Part shown: piece after piece, positions 1 to 9,285 of the stretch
Numbering within the stretch: position 1 is the stretch's first letter
Layout of the letters: each line of letters starts with the position of its first letter
From: an uncultured delta proteobacterium
Lineage (GTDB): Bacteria; Myxococcota; Myxococcia; Myxococcales; Anaeromyxobacteraceae
Assembly (NCBI GenBank): GCA_963845515.1
Contig: CAWJSR010000020.1
Span: forward strand, 32,001-96,000
Direction of reading: 5' to 3'
Length of the DNA stretch: 64,000 bases
The notes under the pieces: model-generated
Told to the model about the DNA's origin: nothing
Database searches by the model: none
What the model saw: only the letters and a program-made list of their open reading frames with translations
Translations under genes and position numbers: made by a program

Positions 1-1020
1 CCGCCGTTCGGTCCCGAGACGATCAGCGCCCGCTGGGGCGGGGAGAGCCGGACGTGGCTCGCCACCACCTTCTTGCCCTGCAGGGCGAGGAGCGGGTGGC
101 GCAGGGAGAGCAGCTCGAACCCCCCACCCTCCTGCGCGACCTCGGGGGAGTGGGCGTCGAGGTCGGACGCGAGCCGCGCGGCCCCCTCCATGACGTCCAG
201 CTCGGCGAGCCGGCCGAGGTCGGCGGAGAGCGCCGCGGCATCCCTGCGGAGCGCGTCGGAGAGCTCCCGCAGGATCCGGTGCCTCCTCCTCGGCCGCCGT
301 CGCGTTGGCGATCGCCAGCTCGTTCCCGAGCTCGACCATGCCGTCGGGCTCGACGAAGAGGGTCTGGCCCGACTGGGACGCGTTGTGGACGATGCCGGGG
401 ACGGCGGAGCGGGAGGCGGCGAGGACGGGCAGGACATACCGCTCGTTCCGTATGGTGAAGTAGGTGTCGCGCAGGTGCTGCTGCATCTCCGCGTCGGCCA
501 GGTAGCTCTCCACCTGCGTCTTGAGCGCCCGGTGGAGGCCGCGAGCCCGCTCCCGCGCGGCGGCGAGGGCCGGGCTCGCGCGATCCGAGACGGCTCCGGA
601 GGGGTCTATGCACCGCTCGATCCGGTCGGCGAGCCTGTCGTCGTCGGAGAGCGGCTCGGCGATCGCCCACAACCTGGAGGCCTCGGACGCCCTGGCCTCC
701 ATGGCGCGGCGGGTCCGGGCGACGGCGCGGACCAGCCCTGCGCACTCGCGCAGCGCCACGGGCTCGAGGACGCCGCCCTTCGCGGCCCGCTCCAGGTGGG
801 GCTCGACGTCGACGACCCCCCCCAGCGGCAGCGACCAGGCCGCCTCGGAGAGCTTGCGGGCCTCGTCGACGCGCGCGAGGGCCTCGCGGGCGGCGCTGGC
901 GTCCTGCTGGAAGGGGAGGCCGTGGGCCCGGGCCCGGCCGGCTGGGAGGCGGCAGCGCTGCGCGAGCGCCTCCAGGATCTCGGGCCAGCCTAGCTCTTCC
1001 AGTGTGCGTGGGTGGGTCAT
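1..1020 (-). CDS. mutS2: Endonuclease MutS2, N-terminal part (runs off window start; apparent +1 frameshift near 283)
   Basis: Manual translation from the ATG at 1020: MTHPRTLEELGWPEIL...VSDRASPAL...TIRNERYVLPV...PGIVHNASQSGQTLFVEP, typical MutS2 motifs. One extra G interrupts EEE-HRIL. Confidence 0.85.
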   Translation of the reverse strand, partial: MTHPRTLEELGWPEILEALAQRCRLPAGRARAHGLPFQQDASAAREALARVDEARKLSEAAWSLPLGGVVDVEPHLERAAKGGVLEPVALRECAGLVRAVARTRRAMEARASEASRLWAIAEPLSDDDRLADRIERCIDPSGAVSDRASPALAAARERARGLHRALKTQVESYLADAEMQQHLRDTYFTIRNERYVLPVLAASRSAVPGIVHNASQSGQTLFVEPDGMVELGNELAIANATAAEEEAPDPAGALRRAPQGCRGALRRPRPARRAGRHGGGRAARVRPRRPLPRGRAGGWGVRAALPAPPAPRPAGQEGGGEPRPALPAPAGADRLGTERR

Positions 1021-1185
1021 CGTGGCCGTCTCGCGGCGCCATTCCGTACCCCGTCCCGCGCCCGCGCGCCACAGCATCCACCTTCCCCAGGCGCGACGCT
1101 GGACGGCGCCGGAGCGTGCGCTTCTTCGCCGCGTACCTCGCGTACGGGATCCCGAAACGTCGGCCGTCGCGCTAAGCTCGCGCGC

Positions 1186-1497
1186 ATGATGGTCGTCCCT
1201 CCGCTCGAGTGCCCTCACTGTACGGCACGCCTCACGGCGTCAGACGTCCTCGATGCCTGCTCGGTCTCGGTGCCCGAGAGCGGGCTCATCCGCCTCCAGT
1301 GCCCTCGCTGCGGCGGGGCCGCGGCTGCACGCCTCGCGGACGGCCGGCTCGAGCTGGGCGCATCGCCGAAGGCCGGGAGCGGGGCCTTCAGGCCGACGGC
1401 CGTGCTCGCCGAGCCCGAGTTGTTCGTGCGGCGGGAGGCGAGCTGGGTCGACTGCTGGCTGCGAAAGGTCTACCGCCGCTTCCCTGTGGGAGCGTGA
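1186..1497 (+). CDS. Small Zn-ribbon-like protein (CPHC...CPRC), 103 aa
   Basis: ATG at 1186 within ORF 1012..1497; two CxxC pairs; TAAGCT 7 nt upstream. Confidence 0.6.
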   Translation: MMVVPPLECPHCTARLTASDVLDACSVSVPESGLIRLQCPRCGGAAAARLADGRLELGASPKAGSGAFRPTAVLAEPELFVRREASWVDCWLRKVYRRFPVGA

Positions 1498-1516
1498 GCG
1501 CAGTACCCTGCGCCGC

Positions 1517-2119
1517 GTGAAGAACGGACCGCCGCGCGAGGGCCCCGAACCGGAGCTCGTGGCCCGTGCAGCGGCGGGCGACCACGCTGCGTTGAGAGCG
1601 CTCTACGACGCTCACCGCCCGGACGTCCACCGGGTGGCGCGCGGCTTCGCGGGGCTCGACGCCGACGACGTCGAGGACGTGGTCCAGGAGACCTTCGTCC
1701 GCGCGTTCCGCCACGTCGCCGGTCTCGAGCACCATGGCCGCTTCGTGCCGTGGCTCCTGACGATCGCCCGGAACCGGGCGCTCAGCCGGCTCGCGCGGCG
1801 GAAGTCGGAGTCGGAGACGGTGGCCGAGTTCGGGCGGGAGGCCGAGGCTCACATGGAGGTCGAGCTGGAGCCGCCCGATCTCGAGGCAGAGCTCGAGCTG
1901 GACGTCGTGCGCAAGGTCATCGCGTCGCTCCCGGACGGGGCCGAGAAGGAGACGGTCCAGCTCTTCTACGTGGAGGGGAAGCTCTCGGCGCGCGAGATCG
2001 CCGAGCGGCTGGGTGTAGGCAAGAGCGCAATCACCATGCGGCTGGAGCGCTTTCGCGCGAAGGTGAAAAAAAGGATCCTCGCAGAGGTGGCCAGATTGCG
2101 CGGCGAAGGGTCGACATGA
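1517..2119 (+). CDS. ECF-type RNA polymerase sigma factor
   Basis: Region 2 DVEDVVQETFVRAF...PWLLTIARN; region 4 LSAREIAERLGVGKSAITMRLERFR; GTG start at 1517. Confidence 0.9.
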   Translation: MKNGPPREGPEPELVARAAAGDHAALRALYDAHRPDVHRVARGFAGLDADDVEDVVQETFVRAFRHVAGLEHHGRFVPWLLTIARNRALSRLARRKSESETVAEFGREAEAHMEVELEPPDLEAELELDVVRKVIASLPDGAEKETVQLFYVEGKLSAREIAERLGVGKSAITMRLERFRAKVKKRILAEVARLRGEGST

Positions 2120-2928
2120 CGATGCACCTGGATTCCCAAACGATTGCGGCCCTGCTGGATGGCACGCTCCCCCCGGACGAGGCCCGTGCGCTATCCGCGC
2201 ACCTCGACGGGGACTGTGAGCAATGTGAGCTTTTGCTCTCGGTGCAAACGAACGTTGACGGATTGGATGGCCTGGCCGACGCGTCGATCGCGTCGGCGCT
2301 GCCGTCGGCAGCCGGCGTTGGGAACGACCTCGAGTTCGCGCGCATCACCCGTGCCCTCCACGAGCGGCGCTCGGCGCCGCGCCGGTTCATCATCCCCTCA
2401 GCCGTCGCGGCCGCGCTCCTCATCGCGGGCGTGGCCGGGCTCGCGGCTCACCAGCTTCGCGCCCCGCGGGCCGACGTCGCCGCCTGGGACGGAGCCAAGG
2501 GCTTCGGCGCGCGCGCGATCCCAGTCAGGCTGCGCTTCCTCGCGATGGGGGAGGGCGGGCGGATCGAGAAGGGGATCTCGGGCGAGCCTGTCGACGCCGG
2601 CTCGAGCCTGCTCTTCGAGGTGGAGGCTGCCAGGGCGGCGGACCTGGCGCTCGCCCGCGTCTCTCCCGACGGGACCACGGAGGTCATCTGGCGCCGGCGC
2701 GTCGAAGGCGGCCGGACGCAGGTCGAGGTGAGGGGCCGGCCCGCCGCATACCCGCTCACCGGCCTCTCGGGGCCGCAGCGCTTCGTCCTGGTCGCGAGCG
2801 AGAGCGGGCTCGACGAGCTGCGCGCGCAGCACGCGGCGAGGGCGCTGGCCCCTCCTGGCCGGATCTCCGGCGACTCTCCAGAGCTGGAGGGCCTGTCGTT
2901 GGATGTGGTGGAAATCTCCGTTTACTGA
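2116..2928 (+). CDS. Putative transmembrane zinc-binding anti-sigma factor (ActD-like)
   Basis: ATGA overlap with the sigma gene; N-terminal H...HLDGDCEQC (ZAS-like); one TM helix (FIIPSAVAAALLIAGVAGL); extracytoplasmic C-terminal domain after GAKG. Confidence 0.75.
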   Translation: MTMHLDSQTIAALLDGTLPPDEARALSAHLDGDCEQCELLLSVQTNVDGLDGLADASIASALPSAAGVGNDLEFARITRALHERRSAPRRFIIPSAVAAALLIAGVAGLAAHQLRAPRADVAAWDGAKGFGARAIPVRLRFLAMGEGGRIEKGISGEPVDAGSSLLFEVEAARAADLALARVSPDGTTEVIWRRRVEGGRTQVEVRGRPAAYPLTGLSGPQRFVLVASESGLDELRAQHAARALAPPGRISGDSPELEGLSLDVVEISVY

Positions 2929-2982
2929 CCCTTAAGAGTGATGCATTACGGGTCCGGAACCAAGACCATCCGCCCCGCTCGC

Positions 2983-4641
2983 ATGCGCCCCCTCCTGCGA
3001 CGATCCCCGCTCCTCGCGGCAACGCTCGCCGCGCTCCTGGCATGTGGCGCGCAGCATGCAGAGAAGGGCGGCCTCGTGCCGCTCGACCTCTCCACCGTGC
3101 AGGTCGCGAAGAAGCACGCCCCGCGCCGCATCGCGCTGCTCATCGGCATCCAGAAGTTCGACGACGAGGGCTGGCGCCCGCTGCGCTTCCCGCAGGCCGA
3201 CGCTTATGCGCTGGCAGGTGTGCTCGGCGCCCGTGAGACCGGCGGGTTCGACGAGGTGGAGGTCCTGGCGGCGAACGCCTCGCGAGAGGAGCTCCGCGCC
3301 GCGCTCCGGCGGCTCGCAGTGCGCGTCCGGGACGAGCGGGACACCGTGGTGCTCTACGTCTCCTCGCACGGAACGCTCGCGCGCGACGCAAAGGGGGAGC
3401 TGCGCCGCTACCTGGTGACCCGCGAGACCCGGGTCGGCGCCGTCGCCGAGACGGCCCTCTCGATGGACGAGCTGAGAGCCGAGTTCGAGGAGCTCCGCTC
3501 GCGCCGGAAGGTGCTCATCCTCGCCGCCTGCCACTCGGGGAGCGGCAAGTCCGTCCTTCCGTCGGAGCTCCGCGCCGAGCTGCGAGTGACCAAGGCAGGC
3601 TTCTTCGTCCGGCCGATAGAGGAGGTGAGCCGCGCCAGCGTGATCCTCGCCGCCAGCGACTGGGGCGAGACCGCCCGCGAGGACGAGCGGCTCGGCAACG
3701 ACATCTACACGCACTTCCTGGTCGAGGCGCTCCGGCTCGGCGTCGACCGTAACGGCGACGGCGCGGTGACGGTCTCCGAGGCGCACGACTACGCCCGCCG
3801 GATGACCTACGAGTACACAGGTGGGAAGCAGCGCCCCGCGGCGGAGACCTCGGAGGTCGGGGTCGACCCGATCGTCCTCGCGGGGCGCGTGAGGCGCGCC
3901 GGGCGCCCGGAGATCTTCAGCTACTCGAAGCGGCTCGACGGCTTCACCGTCCGCGTCGACGGCAAGCCGCTCGCGGAGCTTCCCGGCGGGGTCGCGCTCG
4001 ACGCGGGCGAGCACTACGTCCAGATCGCCAAGGGAGGGGCGGCGCCGCTGCTCGACACGGCGGTCGATCTGGATCCCGGCGAGCGCATGGACGTCGAGAG
4101 CCTGATGGTCCGCTCCGCCGGGCGCGTCGAGGTCGCCCCGCGCGTCGCGATGCTCGGGTTCCTCGATCGGCGCAGCCGCGACCAGATCCTGGGCACGGTC
4201 CCCGGCGCCGGCGCCGCGATGACCTTCCGCGAGTGGCCCATGGCGGGGATGGACCTGCGCTTCGACGTGATCACCGCGTCGGGCCGCTCACCGCTCGCGA
4301 TCCCCGGCGGGCCGGAGAGCGTCCGGTACGACGCGCTGACGGCCGGCGTCTCGCTGCCGTGGCGGGTCCGACCGGAGTGGCTGGGGAGCGCCGAGCTGAT
4401 GGCCGGTCCCCGCCTCTCCGCGCTCTGGATCCGGCGCCGCTTCGACGCGGCGTTCACAGCAGCGCCGCAGAGCTACCTGACGGTGACGCCCGGGCTGATG
4501 CTGGGTCTGGAGGTGCCGATGCTTCGCAGGCTCTCCCTGGGGGCGGAGCTGCACCTCGATTGGACGTTGGTCAGGATTGACGGCAACAATCGTTCGAGTG
4601 CCCTGGCGGAGGGCTTGCTAGGATTGGGGTGGCGGTTCTAG
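2983..4641 (+). CDS. Caspase-family (peptidase C14) lipoprotein with EF-hand-like loop, PEGA-like domain and C-terminal beta-barrel
   Basis: Lipobox LLAC; RIALLIGI; catalytic SSHG and AACHSG; DRNGDGAVTVSE; ends GLGWRF. Start could be 2938/2941. Confidence 0.85.
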   Translation: MRPLLRRSPLLAATLAALLACGAQHAEKGGLVPLDLSTVQVAKKHAPRRIALLIGIQKFDDEGWRPLRFPQADAYALAGVLGARETGGFDEVEVLAANASREELRAALRRLAVRVRDERDTVVLYVSSHGTLARDAKGELRRYLVTRETRVGAVAETALSMDELRAEFEELRSRRKVLILAACHSGSGKSVLPSELRAELRVTKAGFFVRPIEEVSRASVILAASDWGETAREDERLGNDIYTHFLVEALRLGVDRNGDGAVTVSEAHDYARRMTYEYTGGKQRPAAETSEVGVDPIVLAGRVRRAGRPEIFSYSKRLDGFTVRVDGKPLAELPGGVALDAGEHYVQIAKGGAAPLLDTAVDLDPGERMDVESLMVRSAGRVEVAPRVAMLGFLDRRSRDQILGTVPGAGAAMTFREWPMAGMDLRFDVITASGRSPLAIPGGPESVRYDALTAGVSLPWRVRPEWLGSAELMAGPRLSALWIRRRFDAAFTAAPQSYLTVTPGLMLGLEVPMLRRLSLGAELHLDWTLVRIDGNNRSSALAEGLLGLGWRF

Positions 4642-4690
4642 ATGTCGTGACCGCGCGGCAGGGCCGCGGGTCCCACGTGAGAGCAGAGCA

Positions 4691-5878
4691 ATGATCAACA
4701 GAGCGCCACATTTCCTGCTATTGCTGCCAACACTGGCGGTGATTGTGGGCGCTTGTGGTGGATTGGAGACGCCTGTAGGCGCGATCACCGGGCGGATCGT
4801 CGGCGCGGCGACCACCGGCGCCTACGTCTACCCGCTCGGGCGCCCGGACCTGAAGGTGGACGTCCAGCCGGACGGCAGCTACCGGCTCGAGGCGGTGCCC
4901 ATCGAGCTGCGGGCCCTGGTCCTCTACGACGGCTTCCCGATGCCGGACGGGCGCGCTGAGTTGGTGCAGGTGCGGCTGACGGGCGGCACCGAGAACCGGA
5001 TCCCGGATCGGTTCGGCGGAGCAGGCGGGCTCATGCCGATTGCGGGGACCGTCCTGGCCGCGGCCGTGCCGGACGGAGGCGCGACGCCCTGGCGGCCGAC
5101 CTTCACGCTCCCTGCGACCGTCCACGCCGGCATCACCCCCGACACGGGGGGCGTCAGGGAGATCTGGCCGCTCCCCGCCGGTCAGTACGACGTCGGAGCC
5201 GTCCTCACCGGGTTCGACGCCGGCAGGATCACGGTGACCGTGTCCGCCGCGATGACCTCGGCCGCGCCTGTGCCGCTCCTGATCGATGCCGGCGCGACCG
5301 CGCCTGGCTGCGGCTCTGTCCCCGTCACTCCCGCGTGCGAGAACGGGCTCGTCTGTGAGCCTGCCGACGGGCGTTGCTACGAGTGCACGGCGAGCGATGC
5401 GAGCAACTGCTCGAGCGGGTGCGACCTGGACACCCACACCTGCAACGCGCCGGCTCCGGCGGTGTCGACCTGGTGCTCGCCCTGCACGTCGGGGAGCAAC
5501 GACTGCGCGTCGGCCACGTTGCCTGGCCTGTACTGCCGGGTGTCGGAAGACTCGACCACCGGCACCGGCTACTGCACGAATGGTTGCACCTCCGACTCGG
5601 ACTGTTCCGCCGCCGGCTTCAAGTGCGACGAAGGGCGCTGCAAGGCACTGGAGGGCTGCAACGGCTGGGTCCAGACGATGGGGGCCGTCTGCTACTCCGA
5701 CTCTCGCTGCGCGTCCTACCTCGCCGGCGGCCGGTGCTCGGGAGACCACGACGGCCTACCCGGTACTTGCACTGCGCCCTGCGCGGTCGATGGCGACTGT
5801 GCGGTCGGCTCGGTCACGTCGTTCGTGTGCGCGCCCGTCCCCGGCGGCGAGATGCCCTTGGGGTGCGTTCCGGGATAG
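4691..5878 (+). CDS. Cys-rich lipoprotein (Ig/carboxypeptidase-regulatory-like N-terminal region plus disulfide-rich repeats)
   Basis: Lipobox VGAC; GAITGRIV...DGSYRLEAVP; about 30 Cys in the C-terminal half (CTSDSDC, CAVDGDC). Confidence 0.8.
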   Translation: MINRAPHFLLLLPTLAVIVGACGGLETPVGAITGRIVGAATTGAYVYPLGRPDLKVDVQPDGSYRLEAVPIELRALVLYDGFPMPDGRAELVQVRLTGGTENRIPDRFGGAGGLMPIAGTVLAAAVPDGGATPWRPTFTLPATVHAGITPDTGGVREIWPLPAGQYDVGAVLTGFDAGRITVTVSAAMTSAAPVPLLIDAGATAPGCGSVPVTPACENGLVCEPADGRCYECTASDASNCSSGCDLDTHTCNAPAPAVSTWCSPCTSGSNDCASATLPGLYCRVSEDSTTGTGYCTNGCTSDSDCSAAGFKCDEGRCKALEGCNGWVQTMGAVCYSDSRCASYLAGGRCSGDHDGLPGTCTAPCAVDGDCAVGSVTSFVCAPVPGGEMPLGCVPG

Positions 5879-5970
5879 CGCCTGGCGACCCGAACGGGGG
5901 GCGATTGTCGCTGCGCGGTGCGCGGGAAGCGCGGTAGAACAGGGCGCCGTCCGACAGGAGGGAACCCCCG

Positions 5971-7416
5971 ATGAAGCTCGCTGCCCCGCTCGCGCTCTGC
6001 CTCCTCGCCGCCGGCTGCTCCGGCCCCGCTGGCTCCGCCGGCGCCGCCAAGCCGGTGAAGGAAGGCTCGACGCCGCGTCCGGATCTCCTCTCCGTCGATC
6101 GGGCGATCCTCGCCATCGAGGCGGCCGAGCTGCGCGGGGGAGAGGCCACGGTCCGGCAGGGGTTCGCCGCCCAGTGGGAGGCGAAGCCCGACTCCGCCCC
6201 GGCGCGGTTCCTCGCGCTCTACGCGCGCAGTCGCGACGAGGGGACCTGGGCCGAGTTCAAGGCGATGTCGACCGAGCAGCGCGACTCGGGGCTCGGCTGG
6301 CTCGGCCAGGCGCGGATCTACGTCGGCTGGAAGGTATGGGATCAGGTCGACAAGGTGATCGACCAGGGCTTCGAGGCCGAGCCGGACAACTGGCTGCTCG
6401 TCATCCCCCGCGCCCTGGCGGCCGAGGGGCGCGGCCGGTTCGACGTCGCCGCTGCCGACTGGAAGATGGTGCTCGGGGTCGATCCGGCGAACCCGCAGGC
6501 GCTGATGGGACGCGCCCGAGCGGCGCGCCGCGCCGGGGACGGGGCGGTGGCCCGCACCGCTTGCGACTCGGCGCTCGCGTCGGCGCCCGGTCACTTCCCG
6601 GCCCTGCTCATGCTCGCCGAGCTGTCGGCCGAGGCCGGTGACAAGGAGGGGGCGGCCACGTGGTACGCGAAGGCCGTCGAGGCGAGCCCGCGCGACCGTC
6701 CGCTCCGCATCACGCTCGCGAAGCTCCTGACCGAGAAGGGGGACGCCGCCGGCGCGCGCGACCAGTGGAAGGAGGTGCTCGGGCTCAAGGTGGAGCCGGA
6801 GGCGCTCGTCTCCTACGCCGCGGCGGCCCGGGCGGCAGGCGACGTGAAGGCGGAGGAGGCGGCGATCGAGAAGCTCGCGGCCGTCGATCCCGGCGCCGCG
6901 GAGTGGAAGCGGGTCGCGGAGATCCGGCTCGCCTCCGGCGACGTCGTGGGCGCCGAGGCGGCCCTGCGCCGGACGCTCACGCGCGACCCGAAGGACCTCG
7001 CCGCCAACGCGGCGATGGGGATGATCCAGGAGGGGAAGGGGGAGCTCGAGGCTGCCATCGCGAGCTACCGCGCCGCTGGCGAGGCCGGACTGGGCGCGCG
7101 TCGCGCGCTCGAGCAGCGGCTCAACATCGAGCCGCTCACCCGCCCCAACGTCGGCGCGCTGCAGAAGGCGGCCGGGGCGCTCATCGAGAAGACCTACAAG
7201 GCGCGCGTCGCCGAGTGGCCCAACCTCGCCGGCGCGCTCAAGATCCGCGTGACGACCGACGCGACCGGAGCCGCCACCCTCGTCGAGGTGCTGGAGGACA
7301 CGGTCTCCGATCCCGCGGTCCGCGCCTGCGCCTACTGGAACCTCCGCGATGCCACGTACACGCAGAAGAAGCCCGGCCGGTACACCTTCGTCTTCGCGCT
7401 CCGCACGCCGCGGTAG
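5971..7416 (+). CDS. TPR-repeat lipoprotein with C-terminal TonB-C/AgmX-like domain
   Basis: SD GGAGG; lipobox AAGC; multiple TPR helices; C-terminal LAGALKIRV...DPAVRAC. Confidence 0.75.
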   Translation: MKLAAPLALCLLAAGCSGPAGSAGAAKPVKEGSTPRPDLLSVDRAILAIEAAELRGGEATVRQGFAAQWEAKPDSAPARFLALYARSRDEGTWAEFKAMSTEQRDSGLGWLGQARIYVGWKVWDQVDKVIDQGFEAEPDNWLLVIPRALAAEGRGRFDVAAADWKMVLGVDPANPQALMGRARAARRAGDGAVARTACDSALASAPGHFPALLMLAELSAEAGDKEGAATWYAKAVEASPRDRPLRITLAKLLTEKGDAAGARDQWKEVLGLKVEPEALVSYAAAARAAGDVKAEEAAIEKLAAVDPGAAEWKRVAEIRLASGDVVGAEAALRRTLTRDPKDLAANAAMGMIQEGKGELEAAIASYRAAGEAGLGARRALEQRLNIEPLTRPNVGALQKAAGALIEKTYKARVAEWPNLAGALKIRVTTDATGAATLVEVLEDTVSDPAVRACAYWNLRDATYTQKKPGRYTFVFALRTPR

Positions 7417-8608
7417 CCAGACCGCGCCGCGCGTCCGCACCGGGCTGGATCAGCTCGTCTCGGACCGCTTCCGCGCGCTCCGCGGACGCAGGGTGGGGCT
7501 CGTCTGCAACCCGACCTCCGTCGACGCGCGGCTCCGGCACGCGGCGGACCTCTTCGCGGCTGCGCCAGGCGTGACGCTGGGCGCCCTCTTCGGCCCCGAG
7601 CACGGCGTCCGCGGCGACGCGCAGTACATGAGAGCGGTCGGGAGCGATCGGGATCCCCTGACGGGCGTGCAGGCCTTCTCCCTGTACGGCGACACCGCCG
7701 CCAGCCTCAAGCCGACGGCGGGGCAGCTGTCAGGGCTCGATCTCCTGGTCTTCGACGTTCAGGACGTCGGCGCGCGCTACTACACCTATCAGGCGACGAT
7801 GATGCTCTGCATGGAGGCGGCGGCGGCGGCCGGCATCTCCTTCACGGTGCTCGATCGGCCGAACCCCATCGGCGGAGTCGCGGTGGAGGGGCCGGCGCTG
7901 CGCGCAGGCTTCGAGAGCTTCTGCGGGCTCCACGACGTCGCGGTCCGCCACGGGATGACGGTCGGTGAGCTGGCCGCGCTCTTCCGCGCCGAGCGGCGAC
8001 TCGACCTCGAGCTCGAGGTCATCCCGTGCGAGGGCTGGCGGCGCGGGATGGACTTCCGCGCGACCAGGCTCCCCTGGGTCATCCCTTCCCCCAACATGCC
8101 TACGCCGGAGACCGCGCTCGTCTATCCCGGCATGTGTCTCCTGGAGGGGACCAACCTCTCGGAGGGGAGGGGTACGACGCGCCCCTTCGAGCTCTTCGGC
8201 GCGCCCTGGCTCGACGGCCACCGGCTCGCCGAGGCGCTGGCGTCGGATCGCCTGCCGGGAGTCCGCTTCCGCCCGGCCAGCTTCGTGCCGACGTGGGACA
8301 AGCACGCTGGCGTGCGCTGCCACGGCGTCCAGCTCCACGTGACCGACCCGGCGGCGTTCCGCCCGTTCCGGACCGGCCTCGCCTGCGTCCTCCGGGCGCG
8401 GGAGCAGGATCCGGCTCGCTTCCGCTGGCGCACCGAGCCGTACGAGTTCGTCGACGGCGTGCCGGCCTTCGATCTGCTCTGCGGCTCCTCCCGCGAGCGG
8501 GTGGCGATCGAGGCTGGCGCCCTGCCCGGTGCGCTCTTCGCTCACCTGGGCGCCGAGGAGCGCTCCTTCGTCCGGCGCCGTTCGGATTACCTCGCGTACG
8601 GCCGGTGA
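7349..8608 (+). CDS. namZ: DUF1343 / NamZ exo-beta-N-acetylmuramidase (start uncertain; homology begins near 7430)
   Basis: LFGPEHG, DVQDVGARYYTY, DRPNP, RHGMTVGE, PSPNMP, SEGRGTTRPFE motifs. Confidence 0.85.
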   Translation: MPRTRRRSPAGTPSSSRSARRGSQTAPRVRTGLDQLVSDRFRALRGRRVGLVCNPTSVDARLRHAADLFAAAPGVTLGALFGPEHGVRGDAQYMRAVGSDRDPLTGVQAFSLYGDTAASLKPTAGQLSGLDLLVFDVQDVGARYYTYQATMMLCMEAAAAAGISFTVLDRPNPIGGVAVEGPALRAGFESFCGLHDVAVRHGMTVGELAALFRAERRLDLELEVIPCEGWRRGMDFRATRLPWVIPSPNMPTPETALVYPGMCLLEGTNLSEGRGTTRPFELFGAPWLDGHRLAEALASDRLPGVRFRPASFVPTWDKHAGVRCHGVQLHVTDPAAFRPFRTGLACVLRAREQDPARFRWRTEPYEFVDGVPAFDLLCGSSRERVAIEAGALPGALFAHLGAEERSFVRRRSDYLAYGR

Positions 8609-8640
8609 GGTATTTTCTCCGCTCCGGGAAAAGCCACTGA

Positions 8641-9285
8641 ATGCGGATCGGACTCGCCAGCGACTGCTACGGGAACGTGGACGATCTCGCCCGCGCCCTG
8701 GAGCATTTCCAGGCGGTCAGGGTCGACCGGATCTTCTTCCTCGGCGGGCGGATCGCGGACGTGGACGCGGCGCTGGAGCTGGCGAAGGTCCGCCCGAGCG
8801 ATGCGGTCGCCGAAGCCGAGGGGGACGACGGCTTCCTGGCGGTCTTCCGCGGCGTGCTCGCGGCCCATGCCGTGGGGCCGGACGACGACCGGGAGCGGCT
8901 GAAGAAGAAGATCGTCCGGGTCGCGAGCCGGGCCTGCCCCGAGTACGCGGCCGGCACGGCGCCGAAGAAGCTCATGGAGCTGCTGGAGGGGCACGTGGCC
9001 TGCCTCGTCCACGACAAGTCCGAGTTCACGCGCGACGACATCACCAACGCGCTGCTCCTCTTCCACGGGAACAGCGCCCACGCTGCGATCGTGCAGATCG
9101 GCCCCCGCATCTTCGTCACGCCCGGCCACCTCCGCTCGCCGGCCCCCGAGGGGCGTCCCGCGTCGTGGTCGGTGGTCGAGCTGGAGCCGCGCACGCTGAC
9201 CCTCATCGTCTACGACACCGCAGGGAACGAGCTGCGGCGCGAGAAGGCCGACCTGGGCGGGCGCGCCAAGATGGTGGTGCGATGA
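8641..9285 (+). CDS. Degenerate calcineurin-like metallophosphoesterase-fold protein
   Basis: MRIGLASDCYGN resembles the YfcE-type SDxHGN motif; later ligand motifs are altered. Confidence 0.6.
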   Translation: MRIGLASDCYGNVDDLARALEHFQAVRVDRIFFLGGRIADVDAALELAKVRPSDAVAEAEGDDGFLAVFRGVLAAHAVGPDDDRERLKKKIVRVASRACPEYAAGTAPKKLMELLEGHVACLVHDKSEFTRDDITNALLLFHGNSAHAAIVQIGPRIFVTPGHLRSPAPEGRPASWSVVELEPRTLTLIVYDTAGNELRREKADLGGRAKMVVR

